NCBI RefSeq assembly: GCF_006345805.1
Contig: NW_021835643.1
Location: forward strand, 1 to 25,770
Direction of reading: 5' to 3'
DNA: 25,770 bases
Source: Octopus sinensis
Taxonomy: Eukaryota
The notes beneath the pieces are model-generated. The model was not told where the DNA came from, ran no database searches, and saw nothing but the letters and a program-made list of their open reading frames with translations. The translations under genes were made by a program, and so were the position numbers. Below, piece after piece: positions 9,781 to 20,281 of the stretch. Every line of letters begins with the position of its first letter. Position 1 is the stretch's first letter.

Positions 9781-10944
9781 TAGCCTATAAATTACTGCAT
9801 CAACTGATTTCCCACACCTAGCCAGATGTTCCCTTCCTGACCCTAACCCATAGCTTCTTAACTCTGAAGAAAATTTGCAGTATTTAATTTTTCAATTTGA
9901 TTATCTAACGCAAGAACAGATAATCAATTACTTTGTTTTCGAAGCAGCTGTTTGAGCTAATAAACTTACCAGCTTTCAGCAGTTGAATTAATACATTAAT
10001 ACTCCTGCTTAATCTAAACTTTAACTCTAACCACCACAACACCTTAGCCATGAAGAAAAATTTTGCAGTACCTAATTTGTTGGGGTAGTTATGTAACACC
10101 AGATAAAACAAACATCAATTACTTTGATTTTTCCAAGCAGCTGTTTGAGTGTTTATCTTTGCTGTTTGTAGTTTTGTCATTTTAATCTTACTGAAAACTA
10201 AAAAACCACAACAAAAGAAAAACAGTCAAGAAAAAAAACCTTCCTTCTAAGTTAAGATTTTATTATATTTTTTCCATCCTTTACTGGAATCATTCTGACA
10301 TCAACAACAAGAAGGATTTTAGGAAGCTAGGGTTAATCATCATCATCGTTTAACGTCTGCTTTCCATGCTGGCATGGGTTGGACGATTTTTACTGAGGAC
10401 TGGCGAACCAGATGGCTGCACAAGGCTCCAATCTGATCTGGCAGAGTTTCTACAGCTTGATGCCCTTCCTAACACCAACCACTCCTAAGGCACCACCTGC
10501 AAGGTCATGCGCTGTTTATCTTGATATGAGATCACCACGTGCGCACATATGATTGTGATGCATGTGCCTGGTGTGCCCTTGTCAGACGGGTAGTCATGAT
10601 GGGTATACTGGGCTTCGTATATTTGTACCTCAGTGTCACTTTGATGGCATGCACTGCTCTCTCACACAATAATGATAACAATAATAATAATAATAATAAT
10701 AATAATGTTTGTTGACTTAATGGTTAGGATGTTCCACTCACAATTACAAGATTGCGGTTTCAATTCCCAGACTGGGAGTACAACATTGTGTTCTTGGACA
10801 AAACACTTCCTTTTTCATTGCTGAGGTTGGCTCAGCTGCGGATGAATCTCCCCACAATGGACTGGTGGTGCCCCCATTCGGGGAGAATGTTGTAATTTCG
10901 GTTACCGACACATAATGGAAACCAGGTAACTAACCCCTACATAT

Positions 10945-11597
10945 AAGGCGGCGAGCTGGCAGAATCATTAGCACGTCGGGCGAAATGCTTAGAGGTATTT
11001 CGTCTGCCGCTACGTTCTGAGTTCAAATTCCGCTGAGGTCGACTTTGCCTTTCCTCCTTTCGGGGTCGATTAAATAAGTACCAGTTACGCACTGGGGTCG
11101 AAATAATTGACTTAATCCGCTTGTCTGTCCTTGTTTGTCCTCTCTGTGTTTAGCCCCTTGTGGGTTGTAAAGAAATAGGTATTTCGTCTGCCGCTACGTT
11201 CTGAGTTCAAATTCCGCCGAGGCCGACTTTGCCTTTCATCCTTTCGAGGTCGATTAAATTAGTACCAGTTACGCACTGGGGTCGAAATAATTGACTTAAT
11301 CCGCTTGTTTGTCCTCTCTGTGTTTAGTCCCTTGTGGGTAGTAAAGAAATAGGTATTTAATCTGCCGCTACGTTCTGAGTTCAAATTCCGCCAAGGTCGA
11401 CTTTGCCTTTCATCCTTTCGGGATTGATTAAATAAGTACTAGTTACGCACTGGGGTCGAAATAATTGACTTAATCCGCTTGTCTGTCCTTGTTTGTCCTC
11501 TCTGTGTTTAGCCCCTTGTGGGTAGTAAAGAAATAGGTATTTCGTCTGCCGCTACGTTCTAAATTCAAATTCCGCCGAGGCCGACTAGTAAAGAAAT
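10945..11597 (+). mobile_element. tRNA-derived SINE followed by head-less tandem units, flanked by one 19-bp target-site duplication
   Basis: Head at 10945. Units start gtattt at 10995, 11179, 11353 and 11537 (the last is internally deleted). The TSD is aggtaact(a/g)acccctacat at 10924-10942 and 11598-11616. It is inserted into an older SINE-like sequence (~10716-10942). Confidence 0.93.
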
Positions 11598-11767
11598 AGG
11601 TAACTGACCCCTACATGCAGGGGTCAATGGTGACGATGATGATGTTGATACGTTTGTCCTTGTGCTGTCCTGTTAATTTTTTTGATCTTCTGACTTTAAA
11701 TCTCAAAACATTCAACTTATTCCAGAATAACAGACATTTTTTTTTTTTTTGTTGTTTCAATGTTCAG

Positions 11768-11932
11768 TTGTAGAACGGCTATTAGGTGATGGTTCTGCCC
11801 CTGCCAGAGGCAACTCCGTGGTCGTCTTCCTGGACAGGAAGAACCCAAAAGGAAACAGCTTGCAGTTGGGTTCCTTGACCGATCGCATGGATCGTCCTCG
11901 ACTCTTGGCACCGTCTCATGATCTACTTAAAG
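11768..11932 (+). CDS. Runx: Candidate additional Runx exon (165 nt, phase 1-1): (V)VERLLGDGSAPARGNSVVVFLDRKNPKGNSLQLGSLTDRMDRPRLLAPSHDLLK
   Basis: Poly-T tract followed by ttcAG|TT, with an in-frame alternative AG 6 nt downstream, and donor AAG|GTGTGT. It is a GC-richer unique island, open in the frame linking 7853 to 12746. I recognise no homology and have no transcript evidence. Confidence 0.6.
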
Positions 11933-12020
11933 GTGTGTGAGCAGTATTCGTGTGGCCGGGTGGCATGTTTTGTGTATGTGTTTGTAATTGTAACTGTCTA
12001 TCTATGTACCTGTACCTAAA

Positions 12021-12140
12021 TGGCACAGGCTTGGCTGTGAGGTAAGAAGCTTGCTTCCGAACCACATGACTTTGGGTTCGATTCCACTGTATGACACCTT
12101 GGCAAGGGTCTTCTACTGTAATCTCAAACTGGCCAAACAC
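12021..12140 (+). mobile_element. CORE-type SINE head, diverged; further fragments at ~2885-3110 and ~18555-18650
   Basis: ggcacaggcttggctgtgaggtaagaagcttgcttccgaaccacatg...gggttcgattccactgtatgacaccttggcaagggtcttc matches the 25638 copy. Confidence 0.75.
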
Positions 12141-12745
12141 TTGTGCCCAGTGTACCCTTATCAGATGGGTGGTCATGATGGGTATACTGGGCTTCATATA
12201 TTTTGCCCCAGTGTCATTTTGATGGCTTACACTGCTCTCTCACTCAATAATAATAACAATAATAATAATAATAATGACAATACTAATAATAATAATAATA
12301 ATAATAATGATAATAATAATAACAATAATCATCATCATCATTAGGCGTCCGCTTTCCATGCTAGCATGGGTTGGACGGTTCGACTGGGGTCTGGGAAGCC
12401 AGAAGGCTGCACCAGGCTCCAGTCTGATCTGGCAATGTTTCTATGGATGGATGCCCTTCCTAACGCCAACCACTCCGTGAGTGTAGTGGGTGCTTTTTAC
12501 GTGCCACCTGCACAGGTGCCAGACGGGGCTGGCAAACGGCCACGGTCGGATGGTGCTTTTTACGTGCCACCGGCACGGGGGCCAGATTAATAATGATAAT
12601 AATAACAATAATAATACTAATAATAATAATAACAACAACAACAATAATAATAATGATAATAATCTAGCTGACTGAGAATGCACTGATTCATTTTTATTTA
12701 TATTTATTTACTTAATCTGTATTTATTTATTTATTCTAATTACAG

Positions 12746-13620
12746 CTCATCACCTAGCGACCATTGACCAAAATGTCAGCCGCACAAGGTTAAAACCAAT
12801 TCCACAAGAACTACCACCTGTTTCGCAACACAGCATGACCGGTTCCGACAGATGTAGTTTACCTGTCATCCCTGAAACCCAGCATCTTGACTATCCATCT
12901 CTCGACTCACGGTACCCGGTTGACCAACGACTACCAACTCTCGACTCGCGGTTACCCGTCATGCTTCCATCCTACCAAGGAATCACAGACGTTCGGATTC
13001 CGAACCCTCGTCTTGCAGATCCCCGCTACCCTCCAGTTACCACTCATTTGTTCCCCCCCACTCACAACATGGCCTACCCATCGAACAGTTCAAATTTGTC
13101 CATTCTTGAAGAGAGCCGTGCCATTTCCACGCTGGCACTGCCCCCTACACACACTAACTATCCAATCATTTCCCATCGAGAGCTCTTTAATTCCATGGCC
13201 CCAACGAACACCATAGCGTCCCCTTACCTCAGTAGCACGTCATTTCTTTATCCCCACCTCTACAGTTCCGCGCCACAGTACCAGAGCAGTTTCTACATGC
13301 CGTCAAGCGATGTACGAAATTTTGACCTCTTAAGCCAAAGACCAGAAGTTCCGACCAGGATTGAACGACCGGCTTTATTAGCATCGCCGGGTCGTCAACC
13401 GGCCGACACTGCTCCATTAGTTGCTAATAAAACGTTGAACAAGGAAGACAACTCAAATGACATCGAAATGCGAATCAGCCAACCAGAACAGTCTACCGAT
13501 GTGTTGATGCGTGAAGATCTTCGTGGTAGTACATCGGAACATGTCAGTCCACCCCCAGCACGACCATCACAGAGTACCGACTCTTCTGACAATGCAATAT
13601 CAGTTTGGAGGCCTTACTAA
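12746..13620 (+). CDS. Runx: Runx/Runt-family transcription factor, terminal coding exon (Pro/Ser/Thr-rich transactivation region ending VWRPY-stop)
   Basis: Acceptor ttattctaattacAG|CT (phase 1) is in frame with the 261-aa ORF 12835-13620. The C-terminal VWRPY Groucho/TLE-binding motif followed by TAA is diagnostic of Runx. It has an ADPRYPP segment reminiscent of vertebrate SDPRMHYP. Confidence 0.95.
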
Positions 13621-14534
13621 ACTATTTGGTAATTCTTACAAATCTAAAAGTATATGTAAAGAGGCCTTATATAGATATATGTGTGTATGTATGACTATAC
13701 ATATGTATATATATATATAATTTAATGTTATCTGGGTAATATGTATACTAATACACACGCATATACTCAGAGTAAAAAGAGTGAGAGACAGAAGCAGCAG
13801 ATAAAATAAATTTATGTCCCATTTGTGGTACTTGGGTACCTCTACAAGAATCACAAGAAAGAAAAGAAACACTCCTTAATACAGAGTGTTTCAAGATATA
13901 TGACAGCATAAAACAAATCCTACCGTTGGGTGTCTCCTGGGGAAATGTGTCTCCTGGGACAGTCTTCTTTTTAGAACATATCTCTTCAGCGATTACCGAG
14001 ATATGAGATTCACTCAATTTTGGCTGCTGCTTTTGGAAGGATTGCTCTGGCTCATTTCCATCAGGATGGTCACATAAGGACTTACTTATGAAACTTCAAC
14101 AACTGAAGTTCCTTCTACACAAAGATGAGTTTCAGATTATCTCCAGAGGCCATTATGACTGCATAAACGAAACTCCACTCTCTGCTCTAAAATGCCTTTC
14201 TGCCAATCCAGAGGAAGTATTTATCATCGCCCCAGGATCCACTGCTGACAATGGAGACTCTTAAACACTGCCCTTCTCGGCCTTGCTAAAAGCACATGGC
14301 CCCAGGATGTTGTTGTCATCACTGGGGAACTTGTGAAATAGACTCTTTTAAAAATATCCTCGGAGGCTGTGATAAAGAAAAAAAGCAAGTAACAAAGGAA
14401 GCATAAATAAAACTAGGGATGAGCCTCTTTCTCCTCGTTATTAAGGTCCTGTTGAAGGAAAAAAGGAAACCTTTTATCAGTGAAATGCTAGAAGCCCTCT
14501 CGAAGCAAAAAAAATAAATAAATAAAACTTCTGT

Positions 14535-14737
14535 GAACAGGGCCTCTTGGAAAGGGGTCTACGATAAATAAATAAAAAAGACCCTCTTCCTTAACAAAAA
14601 TTGAACAGGGCCTCTTGGAAAGGGGTCTATGATAAATAAATAAAAAGACCCTCTTCCTTAACAAAAATTGAACAGGGTCTCTTGGAAAGGGGTCTATGAT
14701 AAATAAATAAAAAGACCCTCTCCTTTAACAAAAACTG
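14535..14737. repeat. 3 x 67-68 bp tandem repeat, each unit a hairpin with AATAAA in the loop
   Basis: Units start gaacaggg at 14535, 14603 and 14670. ggaaaggggtct pairs with agaccctc(t)tcc around a loop containing gataaataaataaaa. Confidence 0.92.
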
Positions 14738-15074
14738 AGCAACGTCCATTTGGAGAAAAAAAAATCAACCAACTGAATCATTTCCAACAATGGAAAATCC
14801 TTTTTTTTTTTTGTTCTTCTGAGTGCCTTACAAAAAAGCAAAGACATACCCTGCCACCCATCACCCACTCTCCCACCATCGCCAGTCTCCACTTCTGTCA
14901 CAGGTGGACCTGTTAGCTTGGTTTTATTGTAACTTAGCAACTGCATCTCTTTGTACTACATACACATGTTTTTTTTTTTACAACACACACACATACACAC
15001 ATACACACAAACACACACATATACACTCTTCTTGATTCATGAAGGCTACAAAAACAAGCAACTAAAAAACAACA

Positions 15075-15213
<139 letters not shown>

Positions 15214-15835
15214 GATAAAATAAACAAAAGGTTTTCCTCATTTAATCATTAATCAACACTCATGATTAACAACACTCACTCACTAAAGATTATTTCAACA
15301 AAAGAAAAAGAAGAATTAACAAAAAAAAAAAAGAAAAAAAAAACTCACAAAGACCCCAAAATTGTTTCCTTTCTTGTTGTTGTTGTGATTTTAATCCCTG
15401 TAAACTGACGAGACTATAAAAAGGTACGAGAGAACTCTTGGCAAACAAAAGTCTGTGACTTTGATTTCAAATCAATGATTGCAGAAACAATATTTCCACT
15501 GTTGTAATAGTTCTTGATGTCCCCTCCCCCTCACCTTCTGAGACTTAATTAATAATTAACATTTAAATAATTAAACAACTGAACATCTATTTTTTATTTC
15601 CACTGTAAAAAAAAAAAAGGGAAAAAAATTTAAAGACTTGTGCCTCCACAGAAGAGTAAAAAAAAAATTATATTTCTAATAATTTGAACAATTTAATGTG
15701 TGTGTGTGTGTGTATAAGTACATTTGTGAATGTGTGTATGTGTGTGTATGTGTATGGGTGGGGAAATACATGTGCACAGTGTTTATGTATATATGTGTCT
15801 GTGTATAAGTGCATGTGTGTATGTATGCGTGTGTG

Positions 15836-15867
<32 letters not shown>

Positions 15868-15931
15868 TATATGTACTCATAACATATTTATATTATACAC
15901 ATATATATATTATATATATGATATATATATA

Positions 15932-15966
<35 letters not shown>

Positions 15967-16155
15967 TATATTTGTATATTATATATAGGCATATATAAAC
16001 TATATATTATTATATATATTATATACATATATAGAATATAATATATTATTTACATATACAGATATATATAAATATATATTCATAATATACATTATGTATT
16101 TAAATACATACATATAAATTATATGTTCACTATATGACATGCATTATATTATATA

Positions 16156-16187
<32 letters not shown>

Positions 16188-17142
16188 GCATGTCTGTGTG
16201 TGTCTGTGTATATATATATATATATACATATATGTTAATATGTGTGAGGGTGTTGGTGTTCTGCTAATAAGGCTTTAAAGAAAGACAAGATCCTGTATGG
16301 GGATGCTTCTTCTGCTAGAAATAGCAGCCATCAAATCACACCTTACACGTCGTCAACAGAGGACATAGCAGACATGGCACCATGTGGGATGGTTATGACT
16401 GGATTGCCTTTGATCATAGTGTCTATTATTTTTATTTTCTCAGAGCAGATCTCTGAATACTTGTTGCGCATAGAGTGTGCAGTTTCAAATTTATATTTAT
16501 AAATTCCTCGATAATATTGCGTTATCTGCATTGTAAAACAGCCTCGAAACAGGTGTCAAGTAAGTGTCATCACTTCACATTTCCTTTCACTATGAATCTG
16601 AGGTCCGAAAAAAGCTTCATATCATAAATTTATAAAAAATAAAACCTCATCATTAGATATCTGAGCATATCTAACTCATGATATCAGATACCAAGGCAGC
16701 ATAGAATATTTAAATGTGGTATCGATATAAAGATGGTGTGCTAGATGTCTTCCTCTTCTTCCTCTTCATGCCCCTTCTTCATCCGCCTCCTCTTTGATGT
16801 ATATTTCCATAAATTGATTGGTTTGTTACCAGTCATGTGGCTACCAAAGCCTGGTGAGGGAAATTCGATAGGTGGAAACTGGAGGAAGCCCATCATAAAT
16901 ATATATAGATATGTGTGTGTATATTCATATATATATATAGATATGCGTGTGTATATTCATATATATATATATATGTATGTGTATATATATATATATTTAT
17001 GTATATGTTTGTAAATATATATATGTATTTATATTTATATGTATATATATATATGTGTGAGTGTGTTTGTATATGTATGCATATGTATAGATGTCTATAT
17101 GTATATATATATATTTATGCAAACACATACACACATATATGC

Positions 17143-17173
<31 letters not shown>

Positions 17174-17328
17174 TATGTATGTATATATATGTGTATATAT
17201 ATTATATATATATATGTATATATAAGCATATATCTATGTATATATATATATTTATATATACACATATATATATGTATGTAGACATATATATATGAATTAT
17301 TGAATAACAATGTTATAGCAATTACATA

Positions 17329-17432
17329 ATCAACTTCATTAGTTTACAGTTGTTTCTGCTACAAGAAGCAGTGTACTCAGATGTGAGTGCTCATGCAACA
17401 TGTTAAGCCTCTTCAGAACCATTAAAGTTGAT
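17329..17432 (-). ncRNA. Solitary type I hammerhead ribozyme motif with long stem I
   Basis: The minus strand reads atcaactttaatggtt-CUGAAGA-ggct...agca-GAAAC-AACU-GU-A-aactaatgaagttgat. Stem I has 15 of 16 positions paired (two G.U), and the stem II closing pair is a G.A mismatch. Confidence 0.7.
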
Positions 17433-17660
17433 ACACACACACATATATGTATACATACATATATATACATACACATACATATATAATATATATATATTAT
17501 ATATATATATATATATATACTTGTTTTCAATGGTTGATCTCAAAGTAGATAAAGCTACAATGCTGTGTTGAAAATCCATAGGTTTAAAATGTTAAAGGTT
17601 ACTCGTGGGCCTCTAAGTTCCTCAATTTTTGTGGTGCCAATTAATATTTCTTTTACCCTC

Positions 17661-17876
17661 AAGCAGGTGAGCTGGCAGAGTCATTAGCGTGCAGGGCAAA
17701 ATGCTTAGCGCCATTTTATCCATCTTTATATTCCGAGTTCAAATCCCTTCAAGGCTGACTTTGCCTTTCATCCTTTCAGGGTCGATAAAATTAGCACCAG
17801 TTATGCACTAGGGCCACTGTAATTGACTTACCCGCTCCCCCAAAGTTGCTGGGTTTACGCCAGAATTTGAAATCAG
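17661..17876 (+). mobile_element. tRNA-derived SINE monomer (aaggcgg family), diverged
   Basis: gagctggcagagtcattagc...gagttcaaatc...gactttgcctttcatcctttcagggtcgataaaatt matches the family consensus. Confidence 0.85.
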
Positions 17877-18396
17877 TGTTTTGTTTTTTGCCCTCTCCCT
17901 CTTGGAAGCTGGGTGCATAATGTCAGATTACAAAAGAAGTGGGAGGGAGGGAGGGTGGTAAACAAAATGTGTTGCAAGTGAGAGGTGTTAATCACTTAGA
18001 TGACTGAAACTTAATTAAACTTAATTAAACTCGCTGAAAAGAATTTTTTTTTTCATAATCAGCAGAAATAGCAAAAAAAAAAAACGAAAAAACAAAACAA
18101 ATTTTTAGATGTGATGGGGATGCGGGGGGGGGGTCAGATGAGCTGAAGAAGGAGGAGGAAGAGGTGGAGGAAGAGGAAGAGAAGGAAGAGGAAGAGACGG
18201 AGATGAGAGAAAGAGTGTGTGAAAATAGAGAGAGAGAGGCGAGTGTGCGGGGGAGGGGTGGGGTGGTTCTTTTTCATTATTGTTGTTGTTGTTGTGAAAG
18301 TAAACAACGACAATAACGTAAACAATGTAAACAACAATGACTGTTCATTATTTATTATTGTCCATAAAATGTTTCCAACTTCTACGGAAAAAAAAC

Positions 18397-18447
<51 letters not shown>

Positions 18448-19734
18448 CACAAGTGCCTTGATCACTATTCCTTTGTTTGTTGTTTCTTTTTTGATTTTTT
18501 AATTCAAAAATTATGTTTTTATTTTTATTTATTTATTTTTTTTGTTGTGATAAAGGCTCGTGCATGGTCGTCGTGTGGTTAAGAAGTTCACTTTACAACA
18601 CATAATTCCAGGTTCAATTCTATGACATGGCACCTTGGCTGTGTCCCTTCAACTGGCGGTTAGACATCACGAGCAAACCACAACTGTTTCATGTGGTCGG
18701 CCTGTTAAGTAATCAATCAGCGTCAAGCCATCGCGTGATTCAATTTTCTACAGCTTTCTGCTTGTGCCTTATGTAAACCCGCTTTTAGCGCCAAAACCCC
18801 TTGCTAAAAGTTGAGACCGACCGACCCATTCACATGTCTCACCTCTTTCCATAGACTGTTGAGGCCCCCACTCGATATTTCCCTCATCATTTTATCACCA
18901 GCTGTTGACAGACAGAAGATACAGATTTGGTTGTCATTAATATAGCACGATTTTTGTTTTACTTGTAATGGGCCAACCACAAATTTATACGCACAAGCTA
19001 GTTTGTTGAGGTTTCCAGTAGCATGCCCCTCTCGGCGTGTAATCATCGCAGTTATTTTACATCGAAAGACATTATGTGCAGTAGATAAGGCTTCTGTTAA
19101 TTGTTCGTGAGTGCTAGGCTTAGAAAGAGAAGTTAATTCACCATTAAGAACCAACCCACATCATCAGGGACACAATGTTTATTAAACAGAAGAGCAAGCG
19201 AATATAAACTTGCAATAACTGTGCGCTTGGGAAGAGTTGGCTGCTAATACGAAGAAAGGTTCCTTTCATTTGTAGCCGGATTCTGCATAGAAAAACCTGG
19301 TGTTTCTGGGGCGAGAGGTGGGGCGTGTGTTCTCTAATGGGTTTCAAAGCTCCAGTGTTATTCTTCATGCAGAAATGCTTTCATACTGAGAAAAGCACGC
19401 GAACTTCAAGAACATTCGATGTTGTTTCAAATGGCATGACATCTCTGCAAGCTGATTGGTTAACTATCAGGACACATCGCATGATAAGATCCTGATCAAT
19501 GCGACTACCGCATCCGTGCATTGTAACCAGGAGACAGGTTAATGAACAGGGGCGGTGGTTAAAAATAGGTTTGAGAATCAGTCTTACAGATTAAATATCG
19601 TAATTAAAGTAAACAGGATCTAAAGAACCCAGAATCTGTGTGTCTGTTAATTTTGTTAAATTCTGTTTAAACAACAAATGCAGGAGAAACTTTGTAAATT
19701 TTCTGCGAGCATTGCTTAGAAATTCTGTCCCCGT

Positions 19735-20085
19735 TGGTGATCTTCAGAATTTCGAAGATCGCCAACAAGGACAGAATCACAAACTGTGAAATCCTGAGTA
19801 CCCTGCAGGAGATTGTGGCAGAAGGAAAAATGAGACTGGACGGTTATGTTTTCTTTTTTTTTCTACTGCCAGAAGAACAAATGCCCAAGACAGCCATTCA
19901 GTGTGTATCACCAGAGGAAGGCAGGGAGAAAGGGAGACTTAGAAGACATGGCGTGTCATCTTCAAAAGATTTGAAGCGATTTTGCATCACCTGGGAAGAT
20001 GTAAGTGACTATACTTAATACCTGGATGATTGGAAACGTCTTGCTGTCTGTCCTGTGCACAAATCAACTGTACGGAAGTTTCTAG
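19735..20085 (+). mobile_element. RTE-like LINE C-terminal remnant (frameshifted)
   Basis: FRISKIANKDRITNCEIL...MRLDGYV...LPEEQMPKTA...GREKGRLRR...KDLKRFCITWEDV...DWKRL matches the post-RT pattern LRRILGISWRDRITNEEVL...LRWFGHV...RLPK...RGRP...DLK..GITW...W. Confidence 0.75.
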
Positions 20086-20281
20086 GGCAGGGCTGGCCAA
20101 CCCAAGGCCCGCGGCTCGCTTGATACTTTCTTGAAATGGGTTTATTTAAACAAACCTTTTGAAAATCTTATCAAAAATTAAAGATTTTAACGAAAAGTCA
20201 AAAAAGAAAGATACCACTGTTTTTGCAACGATAATATTTCATGTTGAATCAACGATCATTCATTCATTATTGTGATAATAG

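Noticed and set aside
10835-10925. Strong donor CAG|GTAACT suggesting another Runx exon
   Set aside because: There is an in-frame TAA at 10913-10915 in the required phase, and the site lies in an old SINE-like sequence and forms the TSD.
10945-11597. Regularly spaced repeats as a CRISPR-like array or tRNA gene cluster
   Set aside because: Units are near-identical along their full length with no unique spacers, the context is eukaryotic, and the tRNA similarity is limited to SINE A/B boxes.
15400-15445. CTGACGA followed by gtacgagagaac
   Set aside because: It has no GAAA core and no helix I pairing.
16440-16570. cctcGAAAC-AGGT-GTC-aagta, a hammerhead-like 3' half
   Set aside because: No CUGANGA is found upstream; at best this is an unrecognisably decayed copy.
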